The notes beneath the pieces were generated by a model. The model was given only the letters and a program-made list of their open reading frames with translations, was not told the origin of the DNA and ran no database searches. Position numbers and translations under genes: made by a program. Below are positions 52,621-64,000 of a stretch of 64,000 nucleotides of DNA, in pieces (position 1 is the first letter of the stretch; every line of letters begins with the position of its first letter). Location: NCBI GenBank assembly GCA_964016885.1, contig OZ024746.1, forward strand, positions 97,402,001 through 97,466,000, given 5' to 3'. This DNA comes from Eledone cirrhosa. Lineage: Eukaryota.

Positions 52621-53930
52621 GTATGTTATATTTATATATATAACAAAGAAAGTGTGGTAAGGAACCAGGTGGACCATAACACACCAGAGTACTCGATACT
52701 TAGGGTAGTAGAGTGGGTAATAGGAAAAGGGTCAGGACCCCGACAGCTGAGCTCTGGCCGTTTCAACAGTGGAAATGGCCAAAGCTCAGCTGTTGGGGTC
52801 CTGACTCTTTTGCTATATATATATATATATATGTGTGTGTGTATATGTATATAAAAGAAAGCTATATATATATATATCATTGGTGTGGGATGCTTAAAGC
52901 GTCCGTAAGTGGTAGGTCGTTTGAGCACTCGATGCTCTTAAAGAGCAGAGTATAATATCACATAAGAAACGGAGAATCAGTGGTGCGACAAATAAGATTT
53001 ATTAGACATATTACAAGCGTTTCTCTGGCAACCAGCTCGAGGCATGATCGATGCAATGATCGAACCTGACTCTGAAATCGCAAGATCCCTTTATGTTCTG
53101 TGTTGAAATACTGCCCAGGTTAACTTAGCCTTTCGTCCTTCTAAGATTGATAAAATAAACTTCCAGCCACATTCAGGGGTCGATGTATTTGACTTCCTAC
53201 CTCCCTACAAATTTCTGGCCTTTTACCTAAATTAAAAATCATTATTTTCTGAGAAGGATGTTTCATTGATCAAACAACTGAATCACTTATCATTGAAACT
53301 GATGGAACTCCATTATATGTATGTCTAGTTTTACATGACTGCTTGAGAGGGACATGTCGGAAATATTAATCTCCTTTATCTTTGTCTACATATATTTAAG
53401 TCTCTGTAAGGTCTAACTGTTTAAGATTATATTTACCTAACTCATACCTATTCTACTGATATTACTTCTAAGTGAATATTGTGATATTATAGAATATATT
53501 TGAAGCGCAAGTAATTTTTAAAGAGCTACTTGTCTGGCAATTGTTTAATCTAAAACCAAGTTTTGGAATTGTTGGAATAGTTTAACTAGAAAGATTTCAA
53601 TTAAGAAGTAACCTATTAAAGAATCAATGGAGGAGAAACATTGACTCAATAGAATAAAGAAAACATAATTCACATGAATTGATAATTTTGGTCTAGAGTC
53701 ATGTTGTGGCCAAAAACAGGGATATAGTAATTTTGTAGTTTGTTCCATTTAAAAATCAACTAAATTTAGATTAAACGTTATAAATATTACTATCATGTAA
53801 TACATAAATACATGCCCGTCTAACCCTTGCTAGCGTGGAAGAACGGACGTAAAACGGTGATGATGATGATGATGATATATATAGCTATCTATCTATTTCT
53901 CTCTCTCTCTCTATATATATAAGTAGATAG

Positions 53931-53958
<28 letters not shown>

Positions 53959-53966
<8 letters not shown>

Positions 53967-54382
53967 AGATCAAAAGATGGTTAAAGGAGTTCCATGTATT
54001 TTATTATGCGCATTTCAAAAACAAACATCATCATGCAATAATATTTGTGTTTTCATCAGATAAAACAGGAGAACATGATATGAAGGCTAAGAAACACTTG
54101 TGGATAGTGCAGTTTTAAATCAACATATATGTTGATTTAAAACTGCACTATCCACAAGTGTTTCTTAGCCTTCATATCATGTTCTCCTGTTTTATCTGAT
54201 GAAAACACAAATATTATTGCATGATGATGTTTGTTTTTGAAATGCGCATAATAAAATACATGGAACTCCTTTAACCATCTTTTGATCTTATATTATGCAT
54301 ACTCCAGTCCTACAAACTGTAGAGTGCTTCTTATCCGATATCTGCATTGCTTTATTGTACTACAATAAAACTCACCTCCTAC
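53959..54382. mobile_element. Perfect 338-bp palindrome (53959-54296) plus unique extension to ~54382, in (TA)n; probable Penelope-like terminus
   Basis: Centre 54127/54128, no spacer, no mismatch seen by eye. Confidence 0.85.
54189..54257 (+). ncRNA. Minimal type-I hammerhead ribozyme (mirror copy on minus strand at 53998-54066)
   Basis: GTTTTAT CTGATGA [AAACACAAATATTATTGCATGATGATGTTTGTTTTT] GAAA T GCGC A TA^ ATAAAAT; palindromic loop 3; stem II closed by A-U rather than G-C. Confidence 0.75.
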
Positions 54383-54398
54383 ATATATATATATATAT

Positions 54399-54597
54399 AG
54401 GAGAAAGTATGACCCTGACGGCAGAGCTCAAGCCGTTTCGACGGCTATTTCTGGACTCGTCCAGTAATAGCCATCGAAAACAGCTTGAGCTCTGCCGTCG
54501 GGGTCATACTTTCTCCTATTACCCACTCTACTACCCTAAGTATTGAGTACTCTGGTGCATTATGGTCCATCTGGTTCCTTACCACAACTCCTTTGTT
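54399..54597. mobile_element. (TA)n-embedded asymmetric fold-back element
   Basis: Arms 54399-54455 / 54460-54518 plus unique extension; family copies at 33003-33090, 33504-33660 and 52641-52815. Confidence 0.75.
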
Positions 54598-54669
54598 ATA
54601 TATATATATATATATATATAGCTATCTACCTATATATATATATATATATATATATCTGTCTACCTATAC

Positions 54670-55266
54670 ATATATAATAATACAAGGACGATTTTGTTAA
54701 GCCTTCATTATGTTTATTGAGGGCGGTGGATTGGCAGTATCGGTAGAGAGACGGACGCCATGCTTTGCAGCATAGAGTTACAGTCCTTTACTGTCTGAGT
54801 TCAAATCCCGCCGAGGTTAACTTTGCCTTTCATCCTTACGGGGGTTCGATAAAATAAAGTACCAGTCACGCACTGGGGTCGATTTAATCGACTTTCCCCT
54901 CCCCAAAATTGCTGGCCTTGTGCCTATATAAGAAACCATTATGTTTATTGATTGGTGATGCGTGTTTCGCTATTGGTCAGCTCAAGGTTCAATCTGTATT
55001 GATCTGGCCCAACTCTGGAATCAAAAGCTAGTCGGACCTCTGCTGTTGACCAATGAGTTTTGATTCCAGATTGATACAGATCGAACCTTGTGCTGATCAA
55101 TAGCGAAACACGTGTCACCAATCCATAAACTTAATGAAAGCTTGACAAAATCGTCCTTGTATTATTATATTTCACTCTGTTTAGCTCTACACCTCGCTAC
55201 AGACGTGAACCTAAACATCGAGTGTTCACCTGGGTGAACCTACTGTAACCTTACATTACACACCCT

Positions 55267-55268
<2 letters not shown>
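54670..55268. mobile_element. Fold-back element with a SINE A (54721-54936) in the left arm
   Basis: Arms 54670-54720 plus 54952-55026 versus 55058-55170; SINE TSD CATTATGTTTATTGA. Confidence 0.8.
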
Positions 55269-55332
<64 letters not shown>

Positions 55333-55865
55333 TCCTATGGATGTGTAATGTTAATGTGCATTAATGACAAAGTGTGGATGTGCTTAGGGAAAAACTGGCA
55401 CTAAGAGGTGTCAGATGTTGCATACAAGAGATAAGGTGTGTACTGGTACAGACACGTAATGCATATGGAAGATGTTTGCTATATGAAGAAGTACAAGGAA
55501 TTCTAAGTGTGTGTGTGGGGGGGGGGGGAGAAAGATATGAGTAGTGATGGTAAAAGATGAGCCCCAAGAAACTACACCTCAAAAAGGAGGTAAGAAAAGA
55601 AGTGTTTGTTCTGGTGGACAGTTCTTTGTTATTATGCTATACCAGTGGTTACCTAGGTCCTGTGTCATCTCCTTTATGAGGTTCAGTTCCTTGAGGTGAA
55701 ATATCTATTGAAAGATACTACAAAATGAACAGAAAATGTTATATAATAATAATAATAATTGTTTCTACTTTTGGCACAAGGCCAGCAATTACCCAGTGTA
55801 TTACTGGTACTTTATTTTATCGACCCCGTAAGGATGAAATGCAAAGTTAACCTCGGCAGGATTTA

Positions 55866-56889
55866 ATAATAATGAAATTATTGTGTACAGTGCTCAGGTG
55901 CACTATAACTCATCAAATGTGTATGTATAGTACATAGAATAATGTACAAATGTCAGAAAATTGAACAATGTATGAGTCCTGATATACACACACACATACA
56001 TGCAAACGTGTGTATGGAGGAGGAATATCAGGTGTAGTGTTGGCAGATTTCGGGAAGTATGGTAGTTTTGAAGGTTGCAATGTCTAGACAGCTAACAACC
56101 AATGTTTGTAGTTTGTTCCATGTTAACAACCGATGCTGGTAGTTTGTTCCATACTAACAACTAATGTTGGTAGCTTATTCCATACTAACAACCGATACTG
56201 GTAGTTTGTTCCATACTAACAACCAATACTGGTAGTTACTAACAACCAATACTGGTAGTTTGTTCCATACTAACAACCAATACTGGTAGTTTGTTCCATA
56301 CTAACAACCAATGTTGGTAGTTTGTTCCATGTTAACAACCGATGGTGGTAGTTTGTTCCATGTTAACAACCAATGTTGGTAGTTGGTTCCATGTTAACAA
56401 CTAATGCTGCTAGTTTGTTCCATGTTAACAACCGATGCTGGTAGTTTGTTCCATGTTAACAACCGATGCTGGTAGTTTGTTCCATGTTAACAACCGATGC
56501 TGCTAGTTTGTTCCATGTTAACAACCGATGCTGGTAGTTTGTTCCATGTTAACAACCGATGCTGGTAGTTTGTTCCATGTTAACAACCGATGCTGGTAGT
56601 TTGTTCCATGTTAACAACCGATGCTGGTAGTTTGTTCCATGTTAACAACTAATACTGGTAGTTTGTTCCATACTAACAACCAATACTGGTAGTTTGTTCC
56701 ATATTAACAACTGATACTGGTAGTTACTAACAACCGATGCTGGTAGTTTGTTCCACACTAACAACCAATACTGGTAGTTTGTTCCATATTAACAACCAAT
56801 GCTGGTAGTTTGTTCCATATTAACAACTGATGCTGGTAGTTTGTTCCATACTAAGAACCGATGCTGGTAGTTACTAACAACCGATGCTG
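55866..56889 (-). mobile_element. CR1 3' fragment whose 5' end is amplified into a 31-bp satellite (56094-56889)
   Basis: Reverse complement of 30590-30835; unit AACAACCGATGCTGGTAGTTTGTTCCATGTT. Confidence 0.9.
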
Positions 56890-57959
56890 TAGATTGTCAC
56901 AATGAATGGGGAAAACCAATGAACAAAACCACTAACATAACAGGGACTTTCTAAATCATGAAGCAGTCTAGTGGATATCTTTATATTTCCAACTCCAAAG
57001 GTAGAAAATACTGTTAGTATCCTTCAATTCCATTCAACGATATCAACTATGCTAAAAATCTAGTTTTTACAATAGATTGGATGTTTGCAAATGGATCTAT
57101 TATCAAGACAAATAATAAAATACTGGGCAGGAAGAGAACAAATTTGATGTCAGAATGTGACATAAACAGAACATACATGCAATGAAGTAACATAAAATAT
57201 ATAAATATATAATATAATCATATATTTATATGCTAGCTGTAAAACAGGACAACTGTTAAAAAAGATTGCCGAAGAAGAAATATAAACCTTTGAATGTTGG
57301 TATGCAAAGACATATGACTAACCAAATGATCAGGGCTTAAAGAAAGATAACATCAGTATCAAGAAATAGTTGCTTCTTGTGTGAAAGGCATACTATATGT
57401 GGTTTGTGTAAGACAACATCAAAGTTGAAGTTTATCTATAGATCTGCTGATATGTTGAGATCATGTGAGCTGTAAAAGAGACAGTATTGGAAAGATAGTG
57501 GCTTGTATATTCAAGAGAAATAACTATATTCCAATGAATATGTGATATATGCAAGGCATAATGACAGGAAAATTGCATTGAATTGATATTGTGATGTGTC
57601 TATGGTAGATACAGATCTACATAATCTGAAGATGATAAATATTCAACAGAAGAGAGAAAAATATTATATTAAAGACCTTTACACCTTTCATGACATGTCA
57701 GCATGGAAAGATAGGTATTAAAATTATTGAGACAGAATATTGATGATGATGATGAGGATGAATTAAGAAAGTGGTGTTGCTACAAAGATGTTAAGATATA
57801 TGAGCATATATTTAAATTTTCTCTTCAGGAAGGTGTAAAATGTGACAATCCTAGCAAATGTCAGTTTTGAGAAAGAAAAGAAAACATTTAATATAATACA
57901 GTATATTTTCAAAATATTCCCATGAATAGTCATTCTCCTTGTCATATATATGCACAGTA

Positions 57960-58310
57960 GCTAGAGAGGCAGGTTGAGATCAGCAAGTCAAACCAAGGCA
58001 TCATTTGCAGCATTATGGCTAGTCTCAATGCTGCCAGGAAATCGTCTGAGGAGGCAATCCTGAACAACATGCAGTACAGTCTTGTCAGGGTCCCCACAGT
58101 CACATGCTGGGCTGTCTTTTATTTTCCATTGATGGAGATGATGAGCTGTCCTGACATGTGTTGTGTGGATCTGATTAAGGGACACCCATTGCTTTCTGGG
58201 AAGGCCAAAGCCAGCTGGTTTAGATGTGAGGTCCTGGACAAAGTTCTTTCAAGATGTTTGCTACTCTTCCTTCAGATCAAAATTATTGTCCTGAAGAGTC
58301 ATGAAGAGTT
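57960..58310 (-). mobile_element. I-group (Ingi/Vingi-like) LINE C-terminal CCHC fragment
   Basis: LNQIHT..LHQWKIKDSPACDCG..KTVLHVVQDC. Confidence 0.65.
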
Positions 58311-58316
58311 ATCATC

Positions 58317-58548
58317 CAGCCCACACTGTAAAGTGGACGTGTAGGCACCACGAAAAAGCACCCAGCACTCACTGTAAATGAGGTTGGTGTTAGGAAGGGC
58401 ATCCAGCTGTAGAAATCAAGCCAGATCAGTTCCTGTATGAGCAAGGCATGGTCAGCCGACCAGACACTGCCCACAACAGGACAACCCGTCTAACCCATGC
58501 TAGCGTGGAAGAACGGACGTAAAACGGTGATGATGATGATGATGATGA
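58317..58548 (+). mobile_element. SINE B/RTE tail
   Basis: Near-identical to 47420-47645 and 63330-63497. Confidence 0.9.
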
Positions 58549-60189
58549 TCATCATCATCATCATTCCATGCTGGCATTTATTGAATGGGTCCTTCATTAT
58601 AGACCAAGCCAGAACATATTCAGAGCTATTGTCTCCTTAAATGGGCCAGGGAGCAAAGTATTACTCAGATACATTCTAGTTTTTGCATGGCTTCTATGGC
58701 TGGATGCTCTTTCTTTATCCACCTTATGAAGTATACTGGGTACATTTTATCATAGCACCAACATTCAGGCAGTTGACATGTTTGGTGCATGACTAAAGAA
58801 TCCTGTCTACTATTTTTCAGTCGAATTTTAAGGTGTAATAATGAAGAGAAGAGAACTAATAGATTGTTAAAAACCTTACTAAATGAGAAGCAATAGATGA
58901 TGAAGGTTTGTAAATGTTATTTATATCTCTGATCCCATAACTTCTAATGGAGAGAGAGAGAAGTGCAGATATGGCATATAACATATCTTGTACACTTTAT
59001 AATCTGATGGCCTCTCCAGGTTTAACTGCAACTGATTTATCCTAGTGAACTACAATGCAAGAGAGAAGTCTGTTACAATATTTATTGACCCTGAAAAAAT
59101 GAAAGACTAAGTTGATCTCTGCAAGATATGAACTCAGAGGGCAGAGAGTAGGAAGGAATGCCACAAAGCATTCTATCTGGTACCCTAACAACTCTGCAAA
59201 TTTGCTGCTTTAATGTTTAACCCTTCAACATTTACATTATTCTATATATAGTATTATATGTTCATGATAAAGGCTTTATCTCACATAATATCGAATCTAT
59301 GAGATTTTCACATTATTTATTTTGAGAACAATACCTTAACATCAGAATGACTGGCTAGTTACAAACAGTTATGGCTGGTTTGAATGTTAAAGTGTTAAAT
59401 CACGCATAACCCTCTTCGCTCTGATTGATCAGCAAGATTCCAGACCTCATTCAGTTGCTGAGTGGGGTGGACCTTGTCAAATTGGACCAAGGAAACAATG
59501 TTTCCATTGGTCTGTCCATTGCTGATATTATCTACACGTCACAACTCCTGGCAGAAGAATCAACAAGAAATAAAGTGTCATGCTCAAGGACACAATGCAT
59601 CACCTGGTCCAACAATTGAACTTGCAACTTCATAATTGCAAATCCAACTCTCTAGCCACTAAGCCATGTGCCGCCTTCACCCTCTTAACAATGGCAAAAC
59701 ATACTATATTATGAAGTTCTATACACTCTACAAAAGTGAAAGTTGTCATAACTAGAATGCCTTCTCTCTTTGAAGATAAAATATGTCTAATAGTCTAATC
59801 AATGCAAATAATACTTTGAATTAACTGCTTTCGTGCCATCCTGCTAGAAACTGCTCCTGGTACTGATACAAAACTTCCCATTCTAAAGAGTTCATGTTTA
59901 TATTAAAACACTCCAACATAATTTTAGTGTTAAGTATTGCTCCAAATACCAGATTGATAATGATTTCTACTTTAAAAACCCAGCAATTACAGGGGACGGG
60001 GAAAGTCAGTTAAAACAATCTCTGTAACAGATTGGCACTTTATTTTATCAACCTTTGAAAGATAAAAAGCAAATTTGTCCCTGGCAGGATTTGAAGTCAG
60101 AATATAAAGCATGTTTCCCTGTGCTTTATGAATACTTCCAATCCACAACCCTACACCAGCTTAATACAAGTGGCCAAAATGGGGTTCTT

Positions 60190-60536
60190 CTGAAGGGTCT
60201 TTGGAGTAACATTACTTGATACAGTGCATAGTTCAGTGATCAGAGAGTCACTCCAAGTAGAGCTGCTGCTACTCTGAATTGAGGGACCATACCACCGATA
60301 CTATGGGCATGTGGTTAGGATGTCTCAGGAAAAAAATCACTGGACAGATTTTACGGGCAAAACCAACCAGCGGGAGACCCAGGGGTAGACCCCAAGCAAG
60401 GTGGTTGGTTAGTGTTGCTTGGGGATATAGCCAGATCAGTTGGAGACGGTTGCTTCTAACAGGGAGTGTTTCTGGAAGGAGTGTTTGAGGACTTGCTCCC
60501 ATGACCCTCTCAGGAATAAATGAGTGAAGAAGAAGA
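60190..60536 (+). mobile_element. RTE family 2 3' fragment
   Basis: GQILRAKPTSGRPRGRPQARWL; (GAA)n tail. Confidence 0.85.
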
Positions 60537-60677
60537 AATTTATCAAAACTTTTCATTATTTTCAAAGTTAAATGAAACACATTGGCAATGCATCTCGTTT
60601 ATGATAAGATAACAAAAAGATTAAATATGCCTCTGACCATAGATCTTTTTACCCCAAGTAAACCTAAGTTTTAAAAA

Positions 60678-62881
60678 TAACAACAACACCAACCAAAACA
60701 ACAACAACCACAACAACCACAACAACAATCACAACAACAACAACCACAACAAGCCACCACCACAACAACAACAACAATAACAAGCCACCACAACAACAAC
60801 CACAACAAACCAACAACAACAACAACAACAACAATAACTACAACTATAACAACAACCACAACAACAACAACAACAACAACAACTACAACAACAACCACAA
60901 CAACAATAACTACAACTACAACAACCACCACAACAACAACAACAATAACTACAACTACAACAACAACCACAACAACAACAATAACAACAATAACTACAAC
61001 TATAACAACCACAACAACAACAACAACAACCACAACAACAACAACTACAACTACAACAACAACCACAACAACAACAATAACAACAATAACTACAACTATA
61101 ACAACAACAACAATAACTACAACTACAACTACAACAACAACCACAACAACAATAACAACAATAACTACACCTATAACAACAACCACAACAACAACAACAA
61201 TAACTACAACTACAACAACAACCACAACAACAATAACAACAATAACTACAACTATAACAACCACAACAACAACAGCAACTACAACAACAACCACAACAAC
61301 AACAACTACAACTACAACAACAACCACAACAACAACAATAACAACAATAACTACAACTATAACAACAACAACAATAACTACAACTACAACTACAACAACA
61401 ACCACAACAACAATAACAACAATAACTACAACTATAACAACAACCACAACAACAACAACAATAACTACAACTACAACAACAACCACAACAACAATAACTA
61501 CAACAACAACCACAACAATAACTACAACAACAACAATAACTACAACTATAACAACAACCACAACAACAACAATAACAACAATAACTACAACTATAACAAC
61601 AACCACAACAACAACAATAACAACAACTATAACAACAACAACAATAACTACAACTACAACAACAATAACTACAACTACAACAACAATAACTACAACTACA
61701 ACAACAACAACAATAACAACAATAACTACAACTATAACAACAACCACAACAACAATAACTACAACTACAACAACAACAACAACAACAATAACTACACTAC
61801 AACAACAACCACAACAACAACAATAACTACAACTACAACAACAACCACAACAACAACAACTACAACTACAACAACAACCACAACAATAACAACAATAACT
61901 ACAACTATAACAACAACCACAACAACAACAACTATAACAACAACCACAACAACAACAACAACAATAACAACAACTATAACAACAACCACAACAACAACAA
62001 CAATAACTACAACTACAACAACCACAACAATAACTACAACTACAACTACAACAACAACAATAACTACAACTATAACAACAACCACAACAACAACAATAAC
62101 AACAATAACTACAACTATAACAACAACCACAACAACAATAACAACAATAACTACAACTATAACAACAACCACAACAACAACAATAACTACAACTACAACA
62201 ACAATAACTACAACTATAACAACAACCACAAAAACAACAACTACAACTACAACTATAACAACAACCACAAAAACAACAACTACAACTACAACAACAACCA
62301 CAACAACAATAACTACAACTACAACAACAATAACTACAACTACAACAACAATAACTACAACTATAACAACAACCACAAAAACAACAACTACAACTACAAC
62401 AACCACAACAACAATAACAACAACAACTACAACTATAACAACAACCACAACAACAATAACTACAACTACAACAACTACAACTACAACAACAACCACAACA
62501 ACCACAACAACAACAATAACAACAATAACTACAACTATAACAACAACCACAACAACAACAACTATAACAACAACCACAACAACAACAACTACAACAACAA
62601 CAACAACAATAACAACAATAACTACACTACAACAACAACCACAACAACAACAACAACAATAACTACACTACAACAACCACAACAACAACAATAACAACAA
62701 TAACTACAACAACCACAACAACAACTACAACTACAACAACAACCACAACAACAACAATAACAACAATAACTACAACTACAACAACCACAACAACAACAAC
62801 AACAACAACAACCACAACAATAACAACAATAACTACAACTACAACAACCACAACAACAACAACAACCACAACAACAACAAT
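60678..62881. repeat. 2.2-kb (ACA/ATA/ACT/ACC)n compound trinucleotide array
   Basis: Direct reading; source of the poly-V/I and poly-C ORFs. Confidence 0.97.
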
Positions 62882-63635
62882 ACATAACACCATTTTAATG
62901 GTTGTTTTATCATTAATAAAATAGATTTATGACTACAGGAATGTCACTGAATTACCAAATGAGTTAAAAATCTGTCAATTTAGATCAAATCCAAAGCAGA
63001 AATAATCTGGTTATGTTAATCTTTGTTGAAATCATTCAATCACTGAAAGGAAAGACAATGATAGGCCAGTATAAGATAAAGGCATTGAGTTTTTATATTA
63101 GTTATTTTTATTATTGTTGCAATGAAATGAATTCAGTGGAAATGTGTCTTTATGTTGGCAGTTTATCATGAAAATTGCTTTTAGTTACAATTTCATTTGT
63201 TACAAAACATTAGAAATTTGAATGAAGGTAAAATATGTAGGAAAATGAAAATCTATTCAGTGCAAATGTTAATTTGTCATTATGTTACATGCAGAAAGAT
63301 AATACAGTTGAAATATATATATATATTTGTTGAGGTTGGTGTTAGGAAGGGCATCCAGCTGTAGAAATCAAGCCAAATCAGTTCCTGTATGAGCAAGGCA
63401 TGGTCAGCCGACCAGACACTGCCCACAACAGGACAACCCGTCTAACCCATGCTAGCGTGGAAGAACGGACGTAAAACGGTGATGATGATGATGATGATTT
63501 ATGTGTGTGTGTGTAAATTCCAAGTGAAATCGAGAGTAACCACAGTTAAAAAGGTACTCAATACATTAGTAGAGTGTAAACATCATATAGAAACATACAT
63601 ACATATACACACACACACACACATATATATATATG

Positions 63636-64000
63636 GAGGAATAAGAGGGATCAGATGCTGTTTACTTGAGAGAAGACAACGTTGGTATGGTCACGTGATG
63701 CGCATGAAGGACGACAGCTGCATAAAAAGTGCATGCCGATCAAAATTGGTGGTAGTTACGGAGTAGGTAGACCCAGAAAAACCTGGGACGATTTGATAAA
63801 TTCCTACCTTACACACTTGCACCTCTCTAAAACAATGTCACTGGACCGAGATCTTTGGCGTTACGCAGTAATACAGAAGACACGCCTTGCCTATATACAA
63901 AGCGAAACCTACAGTCAGTAGGCACCTCTCAACCAATCCACTACCCCTACCCTATCCTCCCACTCCCACCAACACCACCCTCTCTCCGTAAAGTTGGTAC
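63636..64000 (+). mobile_element. RTE family 1 3' fragment, runs off the window
   Basis: Close match to 16765-17135 with one frameshift. Confidence 0.92.

Noticed and set aside
60671-62893. Poly-Val/Ile and Cys-rich ORFs
   Set aside because: Translations of a trinucleotide array

Overview
AT-rich, repeat-saturated, non-coding animal DNA. The SINE and LINE families look like those of a coleoid cephalopod, probably Octopus (inferred from family recognition, not verified). No host protein-coding exon can be supported. The long ORFs are microsatellite translations or decayed retrotransposon fragments: two RTE families, CRE, R4/Dong-like, CR1, Ingi/Vingi-like and a gypsy RT remnant. Also present are three tRNA-headed SINE families, TTAA-flanked piggyBac-type MITEs, 8-bp-TSD hAT MITEs, non-autonomous Helitrons, a tRNA-Lys(CTT) pseudogene and many satellites. 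The most notable signal, invisible in the ORF track, is a set of (TA)n-embedded fold-back elements from several unrelated sequence families. They carry minimal type-I hammerhead ribozymes (CTGANGA...GAAA-N-loop-N-TA), with intact cores at 17571-17631 and 17478-17538, 33164-33218 and 54189-54257 plus its mirror; the last lies in a perfect 338-bp palindrome. These are probably Penelope-like element termini. Other highlights are a pre-tRNA-Lys/RTE-tail chimeric insertion and several satellites born from internal segments of retroelements.
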